A stretch of DNA of 64,000 nt, from assembly GCA_011109175.1 (NCBI GenBank), contig RDEW01000048.1:271445-335444 (forward strand). The letters are read 5' to 3'. Positions 42,791-55,548 of the stretch are shown here, one piece after another. The number at the start of each line of letters is the position of its first letter. The stretch's first letter is position 1. The notes under the pieces are model-generated. The model saw only the letters and a list, made by a program, of their open reading frames with translations. It had not been told where the DNA came from and ran no database searches. The stretch comes from Dicyema japonicum (taxonomy: Eukaryota; Animalia; Dicyemida). The position numbers were made by a program, and so were the translations under genes.

Positions 42791-43379
42791 TAAATTTTCA
42801 GAGTCATCTTTGCTTCTGGTTAAGCAAACACGTCATAAGTAAAATCACACAAAAACAAATGTTCATCGTGGAGTATCAGCTCACTCAAATTGCCAACCTA
42901 AAATGTCTTACCCTCATATAGAAATAATTCACAATAACGAAGCTTAATTATGCCCCCTAGCTGGGTCCCATAGATATCACTCACTCTTCTACAAATGATA
43001 CAAAGAGTGCAAGGCTTGAGATCCATAACAAGGAGCTCAAACGTACTCCCGTTGGTTACCTACGCTGAGAAACAAAGATTCTGACACTGGGGGATCAATT
43101 CGAAATAATTTGACTCTAACCATTAACCTTTCTACTGCTCAAACCCACTAACCGCTGTCTCATCAGTAGGATCTTTACTGACATCCATAGAACACTTTAT
43201 AAAATCTTCACTCGACCAGAAAACCTATCCTGGACTGAAAACGCCAAAATACAGAGACTAATGAATCAGAATAGTTATTCCAAAGGGCTGTTAGAGTGGG
43301 TTGGCATGCTTACGGTGTGATCATAAAAACTCAGAAACCGTTTATTAAATGTATTATAGTGTTTAATTTTGTGTAGAAA

Positions 43380-43900
43380 ACGTGCAAATATTAAAAATAT
43401 AATAGTTTGTGTAGTAATAATGATTGCAAATACAATTTCCCATTCCTTGAGACTATAATAAAATTAACAGCTAATGCTGATGTAATAGAGAATCCTATTA
43501 TAGAACCAAACTGCATTCCTTCATCAATATATACAAACCTGGTATTATAAATCCCACTGCTCGTGATCTACGGAGGATGCCATTTTGAAATTATTACATT
43601 CACAGCTGGAAAATAGGGTCCCTATTTTAATAATATTTACAACATTTGCAGCATTAATATTTAACCACACTTAATTGGGGACTTTTCCAATGCAAATGGA
43701 GAAACCAAAATATTGATGATATTACTACACAGATCCCCAATACTATTTTAGGACCATTTTTTCAGCCATAATTCCTCCATATATTTGAGTAATCATAAAT
43801 CCACCATAATATTATGATTTGTGATTCCCAGTCCACTGTATTATTACTCACTATTTGTGTTATTACATTTATCTTCACTCTTTGAACAAATAATACCATT
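43380..43900 (-). pseudogene. SLC17/anion:cation symporter (MFS)-like gene fragment, disrupted
   Basis: DWESQ, GFMITQIYGGIMAEK.GPKIVLG, GPYFPAVNVIISKWHPP and GMQFGSIIG in shifting frames with a stop. Confidence 0.5.
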
Positions 43901-43983
43901 ATATTTATTATTCTTTACTTTTCATTAGTAAACAACATTTTTATATACTCTGTGCTACACTTTATACGCTTGTTGTGGTTGTC

Positions 43984-44650
43984 TCATTCGATTATTAACC
44001 AGAATAACATCCAAGAAACTGGCAACCGTCTAAAAACTCGCCAAAAAATAGAGAGATTCATTACTTTCATGTCGAATCCTGGTGGTCTAGGACAAGCAAA
44101 GAGATCCTGAACTACTCTCTCAGCCTGAGACGGATAATGTCCATATTGTAAACGAAAAAGTTCACTCTGATGGACTTTGGAAATAACAGTTCTCAGGAGG
44201 TCTGCGCTCAAGTATCTTGTTATCTTCGTATAGCACGCAAGTGATCCCAGCCTCTATTAATTCCCGGATCCTCCTTGCGTGGTTTTACAATGTCCCAACT
44301 GTAGAACGGTATAGCCTCCGCGAATGCCTACAAAGGAAATCGATCAAGATGCCCTTCTTTAGGACCGATTGATGTTTTTCTGTATGAACAATCGAATCTC
44401 CCAATGGGTTTCTTGGTTCTTTGCATAAACACGGGAATCCGCTGCCATGGTTCCTTGAGACTTTTCTGAAAAAAGTGAGAAAGGGGGTTGTAATAGCGTA
44501 GGATGTCAACGTGTAGTCTGATTGAATTTAATTTACTGAGTTTGGAAGAGGATATCGCAAATTTCCATGGAGGACAGGCATTTTCAATTGTTGGAATAAT
44601 GATCTGGCTATACATCTGCAGTCCACAGGAAAAAAGGGGCATTTCTTTAT
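43984..44650 (-). mobile_element. LINE ORF2 C-terminal remnant
   Basis: YSQIIIPTIENACPPW..SKLSKL resembles the other Jockey/I-like C-termini in the window. Confidence 0.55.
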
Positions 44651-44747
44651 AATTGCCTTTGATATGATGAGGTGTTATTGTGGTTGTGTCCTAATTATTA
44701 TACTTATAAAATATTAATAAAATATTAATAAAATATTAATAATTTGA

Positions 44748-45154
44748 ATGAGGAGTTTGTTTGTAGTGAGAAATGTAAAATGATGATATAATGTTAGTGT
44801 TGTAGTTATAATTGTATTACTTTAAATAATAGAGAGGCAGTAGTAAAGAAACTAAATGAGAGAGGATGGAGACAAGTAGAGACAAGGACATATAAAGCAA
44901 TAGAGAAAAGATTACAGTTTAGTACATTTACTAAAGTATTACTTATTATTTATTAGACTTGGGAGTTCTTGAATAGTTTAGCAAATGAAAGTGAAAGAGT
45001 AGACCACCACCCTCGTATTACAACAACATATGACAGAGTAATACATAATATATTAAAATAGGTTAAGATTACATTATATACTCACACTGTTAAGGATATT
45101 ACACAAGCTGATGTTAATATGGCTTATTATATTGATAACACTTTTGGCTCATAA
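44748..45154 (+). CDS. PCBD: Pterin-4-alpha-carbinolamine dehydratase
   Basis: MRSLFVVRN|..GWRQV..AIEKRLQFSTFTK|TWEFL..RVDHHP..YDR|VKITLYTH..DVNMA. Introns 44775-44797, 44936-44956 and 45038-45061. Catalytic-type His residues are retained. Confidence 0.9.
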
Positions 45155-46345
45155 ATCATTGTTAACACAACCTGGCTTTAGGGAGACTACATAAATGCTG
45201 CTTTAATTATAATCAGATTTGGTAATTGACCACCTGTTTTATAAGTGTCCCGAAAGTGTTCATAATTGGTGGAAACAATAATCAGAACCACTTAAGACAG
45301 ATACTTGTCCCTGTAGTTTAAGATTTCTTTGCAATAGTTACAGGAAGGTTGAAAAATTCGTTGACCTCAAAATATTCGACTCACGTCACAAGAGACCTGT
45401 CCTTGTGCAAATGGACATCACCAACGCATCTTCCTTGGAAAACTCTGACAGAAAATATTCGGAACAGACATCCATCTCATCGTAAAACTATGCTTCTCTA
45501 CTTTTATATGCGGAAGGTGTGGTCAATGATTTGCAAATCTGAGATTGAGGACACGTTTTCTATCCAATTGAGTCCTCCACGCTTCCTCATTTTCACCACT
45601 TAACATATGCCACGAAGATATTGATGGAAGAAAGACACGTGCAAATTAAGCATTACAAAACCTCATGTGGTTTTATTATTAACGTAGCTTGAATGATTTT
45701 GCTTTAACCAATCGAATATTCAATTATTCACAAACCTATGACTTCAAAAAAACCCGATTTACTATGACATTGAATTTCCTAGAACATTTTGATACTATTT
45801 CCTAATGGATTGACTTAATCACTTCACACTTCTCTATCAAGTCAGCTATAACCACTTTCACTCAGTTTAATCTAGAACTAAACCTCCTCTAGACTCCTGT
45901 CGACATAAATCTTAAACCCTCCCAAAATTACTTCATTCATCGTCTTCCAGTACTTCTTGCGTTAAGTCCTTTAATGTCTACCATCTTTCCTCATCTGCAC
46001 TAGTAGTTCATAAATACATTGAACTCAAGTAGAGACAGATTTCCAATCGAGTTGTCTCTAAAAATATTCAAAGCGATGCACATGGAAGAGCCCTAAGCCA
46101 CGCAACGCTCTCACATGTAGATGTTTGATCTAGTTAGATAATTAACCCCGGCTTCTTTAACTTGTAGGAGACAACGTTATTATGTAAGACACACCAAATG
46201 TCGATTTGGTGTGATAGACGGACAGCTTATAATTTCAAAACATACAAAGTGATTTTCTGTCAACTCAGTGAAGTTGCAAAAGAAACACAAGAAATTTTTT
46301 TATCATCCAGTTTATATACGTAGGTTTTTAGAGAGTAGTGATATA

Positions 46346-47788
46346 CAGAGATACAAATAAAAAACGGAAAACTCATTTTCTCTTTTTTCTTTTTTTCTAT
46401 TGAATGATTAATTTTTTTAACAAAAATAGAATTTTAAAAATACAAATTTAACTTTAGTCTTTTAAAAAAATTAAAACGCCCTATATTTTGGTACGTAATT
46501 AGATCCAGTTTTTTCCGAACAAAAAAAATTCTCTATTTTTTCCAAAGTTTTTTGAACCATTTTTATTTTATTACACGTGTTGTTTCTTGTTACATGGTTC
46601 TACAGCTTACATACCAAGAAAAAAGAGAAATTATTGCTTATTATAAAGTTGGAAAGTCATATCGACAAATTCGAAATCTTACCGAAAGATCCCTCAGTGC
46701 TTTCTCGAGAGTCATTAAAAACTTCACCATGAATGATTCCTTCGGGGGAGAGAGAGAAAAAAAAGGCTCAAGGTGAATTTCCTTAACTCTGATAATCTCG
46801 AAATAATTGAAGGTGAACGAAAAAAGTGATGTTAATTTCAATTCTGTAAAATGTTCGGAAATTACGTTATGAAACGGGAACTGTTGTCAGATCACAGACA
46901 GTGAGGAACTACCTGAAAAGACTGAATATATCGACGTTTCAGCCTACAAAAGGCTATATCTATCGAAAAAACACAAAACAACGAGACTTTCTCAGTGCAC
47001 AAAGTGGAACATGTTACCAAATGTGTTCTGGAATCGAGTTATCTTTAGTGATGAATCTATTTAATCCCGATGGACGAAAATTTATCTGGAAAAAGATGGG
47101 AGAAAGGCTTTTAAACAAAAATGTTACCACAACAGTAAAGTTCGGAAAAGGGAACGCAATGGTTTGGGGCGCATTCACATCGGAATGTTTTTCGGAACTT
47201 GTGTGGATAATAGGAATTATGAATGGGAACTATATGTAAGCATCTTAGCGGATAATTTGTTGCCTTTTTTGGAGAAAACAGGAATCCGGTCTACAATTTT
47301 TCAGCAAGATAATCCAAAGCATACCTGATAGGTGGCTAAAGATTTTTTCAATCAACACGGAATTGAGTTATTACAATGGGCCCCTCAAAGTCCCGATTTG
47401 AATCCAATCGAGCACGTGTGGGCCTTCATAAAACAAAAAATAAGGGGAACCGAATTTAAAAAAAGTGACATATTCTGAGAATTGAAAAAGATTTGGAACG
47501 ATCTCACGATAGAATATGCGAAATCGCTTGTTGGATCAATGCGGAGTAGAATTTTAGAAGCAATAAGTGCTCAAGGGGGTCATACTAAATTTTGAACTGT
47601 TTTTGTTCTTTTTGTATTTTGTTTGAAAAAAATTGGGTTTAAATACTTGCCAAAATCTTTGACGCTTGAATTTTTGTAAAAGGCAAAAGTTAAGCTTATA
47701 ATTTAAAATTTAATTTTTTATTAAAAAAAAATCTTTATTTAGAAAAAAATTGAGAAATTGGCTGTTTCGTTTTTTATTTGTATCGCTG
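46346..47788 (+). mobile_element. Tc1-family DNA transposon, full length but degenerate
   Basis: Long imperfect TIRs starting CAG(A/C)GATACAAATAAAAAACG, similar over about 170 bp. Transposase motifs MVWGAF, FQQDN, SPDLNPIEHVW and GGHTKF. Confidence 0.92.
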
Positions 47789-47789
47789 G

Positions 47790-50400
47790 ATGTTATATTA
47801 TCCAAATTAAGTCGTGTCCGACCCTTGGAGATCTCATGAGCCAATTTTCTTCACTCTCCCCGATCCGTCGCATTTTAGAGCAGTCTTGATATAGGCATTT
47901 CCATGACGTCTTTCACCGTGGATAGCCATCGAGTCCTCGGTCGACCAGTTCTTCTCTTCCCAGTAAGATTGTTCAGCATAATGGTTCTTTCCAGGAAATC
48001 AGAGCCGACAACATGCCCAAAGAACGCCAATCTGTGTTTTCTGATTCTTCCTTCTAACGAAATGTCCGTTTCTACCCGTTTGAGTACATCGGTGATTGTT
48101 ATTCTGGAGGTTTAAGGGATTCTTAGTAAACTCCTCCAGCCTAAAGTTCGAAAACATTTAATTTTTCGTCTATCCGCTTTTTTCAGTATCCATGATTTTG
48201 CGCCGTATAGAAAAACCGGGAACACGATTGCATTAACCAGTCTGCATTTGGTCCTTAAGCAAATATCTTTGCTTTTCCAAATTCTATTCATTCTCTGGAA
48301 GGCGTCCCCGTCCCATGGCAATTCGCCTCTTGATTTCCAAGCCTCCGTCACTACTCCGATTAATTAGACATCCCAGAAAGACAACATTATTGCAACTCTA
48401 TTTTATCATTCTCAATTATTAGTTCCATTATACCATTATTAGGCCATCTTCTGTTTCAGTCAGTAAGGTTGGATCGTCAGCATTGCGGAAATCATTGATT
48501 TTCCTGCCTTCCAATTTTAATCCCGTTATTTGATACAGTATCCAACAGTAACTTCTTGATCCTTATAAAGAGATTTGATAAGCAATATCAGATGGGCATC
48601 GAATCCGAATTCTTTTAAAGCGGACCACAGCTTGTCATGTATAACGGAATCAAAAGCTTTCCGATAGTCAATAAAGCACATGTATACACTCTTTTGGGAT
48701 TCATGGGCTTTCTCCATAATCCACCGGATATTTGCTATATGGTCACGTGTGCCTCGTCCCTTCCTGAATCCTGCTTGGACATCCGGTAGAATCAGTTCGG
48801 CATTAGACAATGTTGTATTATCTTTAGAAGTATTTTGCTGACGTGAGGAATTAAGGCTATTGTACGATAGTTTGAACTGTCCTTGCTATCCCCTTTTTTC
48901 GGTATTGGAATAAATATAGATCTTTTCCACTCGCGTAGCCAAATACATGTTTCCCAAATTTTTTGACATAGACTGGTAATAGCTGTCACCGGTATAGACT
49001 TCAGCAATTCGCTCGAGATGTTGTCAATCCCCGGTGCCTTGTTCCCGTTAATTGCCATGTAGCCCACACGCATTCCTCTTCAAGTATTTTATGCCCTCAC
49101 CCAACGTTGCTTCATCAACATATATGGGTGGGCACACAGTCTCTGAATATAGTCGTTCCGTATATTCTCTCCAACGATTACGGATGTTCTGTTGGTTTAG
49201 CAATTCTACTCCATCCTTGTCCTTGATTTTGCCCATCATTTTCGTAAAGGGGGTTCGTCCATTTTTTTAGTTGTAAATACGCATTCCTAGTGTGACCTCT
49301 CTTATAGCCATCTTCCATTTTTTGCAGCGTAACCTCCAGTAGTCTTCTTTATCCTTCCTGGCTACCTTTTTGAATTCAGAGTTAAGTTTTCTTGTCTCGT
49401 CTATATTCCAGAGACTTTAGCAGCTTTACGAGCCTCAGCAATGTTTGGGGTGTTGACAGAGTGGCACTCAGCGCACTTGGCCGGCGTTTTGTATTTGACA
49501 TGTTTTATTTCAGCGCTCCTGATAACCAACTGCAAATCATTCCATAATTCATCAATCATCCTTTCGTTCAAATTCAGTAATCCAATATTGTGCTTAACTT
49601 CCATTGCGTATTCTGGTGGTATGTTTGAGACATCGAATTTCTTTACTCGGGGGTATTCCAGGTGTTACTGAATTTCGTTCTAATTTTTGCAACAAGTAGC
49701 TGATGGTCTGTTCCATAGTCTGCCCCTGGATATGTTTTGACGGCTGTTATAGAGCTTTTCCAGCGTTTGGCGCACAAAATATAATCAATCTGGTTCCTAG
49801 ACATTCCATTTGGCGACGTCCAAGTGTTAATCGTCGTTTGTGCTGTTTGAACCTGTGTTAGTTATCTGAAATCCATTTTCCTGACAGAATTGGACCAGTC
49901 GATCCCCAGCATCATTTTTCCCCAAACCAGAACTTCCCACAATATACACCCAACTTTTGAGTTGAAATCCCCATTATGTAGGTTATGTCCTTTTTGGGTA
50001 TTAGTTTTTTCAATTTCGTCATCCTTGGCAATAGATGTTGGGGCATACACTTGCATGACCGTAATATTCAATGGTCGTCCACGGACGTGGATTAGTATTA
50101 TCCGATCATTAAATATTCTATGACTTTCAATAGCACGTGTAATTTTCTTTGAAGCAATGAAGACCACTCCGTTTCTTTTCGCATTAACCAGAATAATATA
50201 TGACGAAATCATCCAAACAAAAAAAACCACTGTCGATCCAGTTTCGCTTACTCCAAGCAGGTCAATATCAAGCCTTCTCCTTTCTCTTTTTACTTCTAGT
50301 TTCCCTTCGCTTAAGCCTTTTACGTTCCATGTTGCGAACTTGTGAGTTCTGTGTGATAAAGACTCGAGATTTGATGTTTTGTGTTTCATTGATTACTCGA
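47790..50400 (-). mobile_element. RTE-BovB-like LINE, near full-length, degenerate
   Basis: ATWNVKG, QVYAPT, NQIDYI, EWKRSIFIPIPKKGD..NYRTIALI, QAGFRKGRGTRDHIAN and CFIDYRKAFD. 3' end CATGAGATCTCCAAGGGTCGGACACGACT. Confidence 0.9.
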
Positions 50401-50583
50401 ATAAACCAGATATAAGAACATGTCCTATACATATGCCAAAAGTATCAAAAGAAGCTCACCTTACTCCGGGACATTATGGATACGTCACCAAATCACTAAA
50501 AACTTAACAACTATCTATAGGAAATTTATCAGAACGATTTACAAGCCTATTTGAACAGAATCGGACAATAGCCACACCAGATA

Positions 50584-50802
50584 TTAACCATCTCTGTTCT
50601 TGTCCGAACCATCCTTTGAATTGAGCGCCACAGTAGATATACCTGACGAATCTATGGGATCGTCCGCGTTTGGTTTTATTTTTCTGTTAGGAAATGGTTT
50701 ATTTACATGAAGGGAGTAAGGGTAAACAATAAAGACAGAAAGATAAATATAAAGCAAACCACCATACAAGAAAAATAAAATATAGAAATATAGGTTAACC
50801 AT
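50584..50802 (-). CDS. Unidentified ORF with hydrophobic N-terminus, head-to-head with the HMG gene
   Basis: MVNLYFYILFFLYGGLLYIYLSVFIVYPY.. starts 69 bp from the HMG ATG. No family recognised. Confidence 0.3.
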   Translation of the reverse strand: MVNLYFYILFFLYGGLLYIYLSVFIVYPYSLHVNKPFPNRKIKPNADDPIDSSGISTVALNSKDGSDKNRDG

Positions 50803-50870
50803 AGTATATAATAATAAAGTAATAATAAATAAAATAAATATTAAAAAAGTAAAAGTGTGTTGTAGGTGTG

Positions 50871-52067
50871 ATGAATAAGGAAATAATATATTTAAATAGA
50901 AATGACATAAAGGATGGGTGAGATTAAACTAATGTTAGAGGAGTAACATTTGAGACAAGATTGGAGGATGGTAGTGTTCAGCAACTTTTTATAAGTTTGG
51001 AAGATTTATTAACATTTCGTACTGAGGATCCCGAGTATGATGATGTAATGAATATAGTTTGGTAGCAATAGAATTTGAGGAGGGTGGAGAATCAACAGGG
51101 CCAGTAATTTTATCAATAGCAAACATTCGTGACTTAATAGTGAGTAAACCAGCAATATCTGAGGAGGCAGTAATGGAAGCAGTATTTGGTAGTAAATATA
51201 AAGTTTATGTCAATGCCACTGCCAGGATCTCGTCGTCGTCCTATGTTGAATAACTCGTTGATTAGTAGTCTGCCTCCGAAACGTCCAGCGAATGCGTATG
51301 TGATATGTGATTGTAGATACACAATGTTTTACCGAAAACAGAAAAAGTCATTGAAAGGACTGACTAAACGAGAGATATCAGTTCGTTCAGGGAAGGAATG
51401 GAATGATATGGATGATTGTCAAAAGTCAGAGTTTTACAGATTAGCGGACAAGGACAGATTCAGATATGCTAAGGAAATGACTGAATACAAAAACTCTGAT
51501 TCTTACAAGGAGATTATGAAATTAAATGCACAAAACATATCAACAGGTGGAGAGACATACCATTGTGATATATGCTCTGAGACATTCTCCACTTCACATA
51601 ATCTTCATGAACATTTGATTGGACAGTACCACATGAGAAATCTATCCAGTTTTAATATTTTATATTTTTAGGTTATCTAACTATTCAAAAGGCTAAGGAT
51701 ACTGTTAATAATCTATGTCAACAAGTTGATCCTCACAATCTAGCACAGGCACTATTGAATATGTGTCCTGAGTGTAATGGTCCTCTTGATATACAGTCCT
51801 TTATTCTTACTTTTCACTCTAAATTATATCGTTCTCTTTTTTATTACTTTAGAACAACAAAATGAAATCAAATTACTCACTCATAAACTTTACGACATTA
51901 AAAACAAACGAAAGGCACTCAAAAAGGAGGCTGACGAACTTAAGGTTCACTTTCTAGTTATTTAGAAAAATAATTATAAACTCGACAATGACATTCATGC
52001 TCTCTTTCATTCTAATCTTCTTTTGGTTGAAAAAATTGATCTCTTAAAGGCTGCTCAAAATAATTAA
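50871..52067 (+). CDS. HMG-box + C2H2 zinc finger + coiled-coil protein (HMG20/BRAF35-like)
   Basis: PKRPANA|YTMF..EWNDMDDCQKSEFYRLADKDRFRYAKEMTEY; YHCDICSETF..HLIGQYH; GPLDIQSF; coiled coil; several 21-23 nt introns; stop at 52065-52067. Confidence 0.75.
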
Positions 52068-52399
52068 TTACTTTTCATAATACTTTTTAATTATTAAGAA
52101 ACACCATTTCTACCTAATTACATCCTGAGACTAAACATAACCACATTCTCAGAAATTACAAAAGAGTTGCTACAAAGATTCATTGGAAGGATCATTGTAG
52201 TCTTATCAAGATTACCTTGCTTTCGTGTTTTCATCAAAGTAGGTTAATTCTTGTTCCCTTTTCTGTTTAATAAGAGATAATAGAGCATACAACCTATAAT
52301 TTTGTGGGATATTTTTGTGTCAGATTATTCAATTCCCAGTGGTTGAATTAAGTTAGTTAGTTATTAACCTCTCTACCTTTTAGGAGGCCGGCCGTTCTC

Positions 52400-54010
52400 A
52401 GGTATCCAGCAGCTAGTACTGGACGCTTCCACAGGTATTCGATGTTCACTGGAGGTACTGCAGGAGAAAGCTTCTTGTAGAATTATGATAATCGGTCCGG
52501 TGATGGAAGCCAAGAGCTCGATTTGTCTCAAAGGAGGAAGTTCCCAGAACATCGTTGTGTTTGGGTCCTATTCGTTTCTCTGTTGAGGGTAGTTTCTCGA
52601 GGCATCCACCAATGTGGAGGGCCATCTAGTAGATCGTTCCAAACCAGTCTTCGGATTGCTTGTAGAGATGTGGAAATGTATTGTCTTTGATTTGTTTTAT
52701 TTGGAGGAGGCTTATGAGTTCTAGTCAGTTTACAAAACAAGTGTGTTATGGTCAGAATTATCTAGGTAAGGATTGATTCTGCAGGTTGTCAGTAATTGTA
52801 CAGTAAAGTCTTCATGTTTGTAGTTGAAGTGAAAATCTATCCAATAAAGGTTTTCCATCATAGTCTACGTAACGCCACAGATTTAGATAATTGAGAGATA
52901 TCCGACGATGCTTAAATAATCAAATGAAGAGTTTTCGTGCTTATTTGATTACATCGTCAGGTAGCATAGTGCCTCGATTCATGATGAGCTGTGAGTTCGC
53001 TGCTAAAGAGGGTGAACATAGGGATAAATCAGGAGAGGTGCATCTATCACTGCTCCTTAAAGGGATTCTTGTGTGTAATTTAGGATCATTCAGGATAAAC
53101 ATATCAATATGACCATTTGCGATGAACTCCCCTAGGGTGTCAGAGAAATGTGAAGCTATCCAAACGTGGTGTCGGGCATTTAGGTCACCGCATATTATAA
53201 CGTTCTTTAGTATTGAGAGGCAAGGTATACTTGGGGAGTGAGATTTTGGGCAGGATCCTTGTGGTGGAATATATAGGTTAATCAAGTTGATCCAAAAAAA
53301 CGAGTACAGCATTTTGATGGTGATCTTCTCCATGGTATCGTCTGAGTCCAAAAGTTCTGAGATCCGTCGACTCGCGTCAAAAAAAGGTATAATAATATAA
53401 TAATAGCCTTTTCACGAGAGCCATAATATTTATAGCTCCGCATAGGCAGGACACACACTTTGTTTAAGTAAAGAACAATTAATATCAATTAATCGTAGAA
53501 CCAAGGAATGATCTTCACTTTTTTTTCTTGTGTGTGGGTCCTTTCTAGACAATCCAGTTCCGCAGTGAGTATCCACTGATGACGGCGTCACTCGTCAAAC
53601 CTATACCGTTCTTAATAATTGTGAGTATTCATCCACCTGGTCTTCCCAGACGGTCCTTACGGATTACTGTGTATCCCGGGAAAGAGAGGCGTGGGCGGAT
53701 GAGAGCTTGAATTCCTGAATGATAGCAAGGTCAGCTCGAGTTGAGGAGAAGAGAACTCGAAGTTCCAGAATCTTCTTTTAAATTCCATTTGTATTTAGTT
53801 GTAGAATTATTAAATCTCCGTTGGACCAGGGTTTGTTTCAATGTCGTCACATAGCAGGATCAAAAGTCCAGAACAATGATGACACAAATCGGAGTCGGAG
53901 GGACATAAGTTACGGGAGCCCCCAAGAGGTGGGGAGAAGTTGATGGCTTTTATCGTTCCTTTCCAGAATGAGTGATACCTTATATCGCTGCGTTGAACCT
54001 TCTTCAAATC
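52400..54010 (-). mobile_element. APE-type LINE with an N-terminal 2A-like peptide, degenerate, interrupted by a SINE
   Basis: LLILLCDDIETNPGP (53822-53866) precedes APE remnants FPGYTVIRKDR..GG..NGI|PF and ICGDLNARH, similar to ORF 9672-10931. Confidence 0.75.
53388..53601 (-). mobile_element. SINE copy 4, 5'-truncated, nested in a LINE
   Basis: Reverse complement of the SINE core and tail. It splits LINE codons N-G-I / P-F. Confidence 0.9.
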
Positions 54011-54183
54011 CTAAAAAACGTCATTCGATCCAATTATCTCTTCCCTACTCAGTAGTGGAGCTCTCACAAGGGCAAATATTAATGATTGGACAGGATGTGT
54101 TTCACTCCACTCTAGGGATATATCCAAAAATTATTTATCAGGTTTAATAAGTGAAATTATTTTAAAAAATTAATTATAAAATA

Positions 54184-55548
54184 ATGTTTAGTGTGTCAAG
54201 ATTGTTGTTAACAAGTATATGTATAATAATAATAAATGAATATAAAAGAGAGATTAAAGAATTGGTAGAATGAATAAATGAAAATAGGGGGATATTGTGA
54301 TTGAGAAAGGTTATTCGTGGAAAGAGTATTCAGTAATAACAGAAGATGGATATATATTAAGATTACAAAGGATTGGAGGTAATGTAAGCAGAAAGGAATA
54401 TCCAATATTACTACAACATGGATTACTGACTAGTAGTGTTGATTGGATTGTTGGTGGTTTTGGTAATAATGTGTGTTGTATAAATAGCATATTTGTTGGT
54501 AAATGAAGGATATGACGTTTGGCTTGGTAATCTTCGTGGAAATATATATTCAGTAAATCACACAACACTGTCACCAGATGATGAGGAATATTGGAATTAT
54601 TCGTATTATTGATAAAAATAGTTAGAATTGAAGAACATGCAAAATATGATATAACAGGAATGGTAAATTATATTACAGAAAAAACTGGTAAAAGAAAAGT
54701 AATAATGATTGGCCATTCTCAGGGTGCTCTGATTAGTTTAATACAATTGTCACGTGATGTAGAATTTAGTGATAAAGTATGATATGAATATATGTAGATA
54801 TTACTATTTGTAGGATTAGCACCAGCAGTATCATTTAAGGATACAAGTGTGTATTGGTTTATTTGTCTCCATATTATAAATATTTTAATATATTGGGAAA
54901 TAAGTGGTTTCTGAAACCTCATAGAATAATTGGATTAATAGGAAGGACTATTTGTGATAGTCTATTATATAATATTTGTTTATTTATTATTGGATTATTT
55001 AATGGATTTAATACAAATAATATTGATTTAGTAATATTATATTTACATTAGACTCGTCTCCCATTGTATTTGCAATATCAGCCATCCTCAACCTCCGTCA
55101 AGAATATGATTCACTTTGCCCAAGTTTATATATTTACTATTATTAGATGATTGTCAGTAATAAACTACAATATTATGATTACAAGCATAACAACCTACAA
55201 TTATACAATCAAACAACACCACCAATCTACAATATCACCAATATTTATAATCCACTAATATTTATAGCCAGTCAGCATGATTGGTTATGTCCTGCTTATG
55301 TACTATTTATATTATTATAGAATCTCAAACAATTTACATTTCCTAATCTTTTACATTCAATCACCCTCAATCACTTTGCACATCTTGACTTTATTTTGGG
55401 AAAACATGCATTATCATTAGTTTACTCTCCTATTATTCATTTAATCAATATCTCTTATCACTACACATTTTGCTTTATGATTACTTGGGTATTCGGGACC
55501 TTTCTCCCATTTCTCATTCACCAAATCAAATATATCTGTTTCTCTTAA
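54184..55548 (+). CDS. Acid lipase family protein (LIPA/Lip3-like)
   Basis: VITEDGYIL, LLQHGLL, GYDVWLGNLRGN.YS, GHSQG, SQHDWL and FAHLDF (triad motifs); micro-introns. The first in-frame stop is 55546-55548. Confidence 0.9.

Noticed and set aside
53570-53601. Hammerhead ribozyme in the antisense SINE core (CTGATGA followed by a stem)
   Set aside because: The required GAAA after stem II reads CAAAC, and no NUH site with stems I/III could be built.
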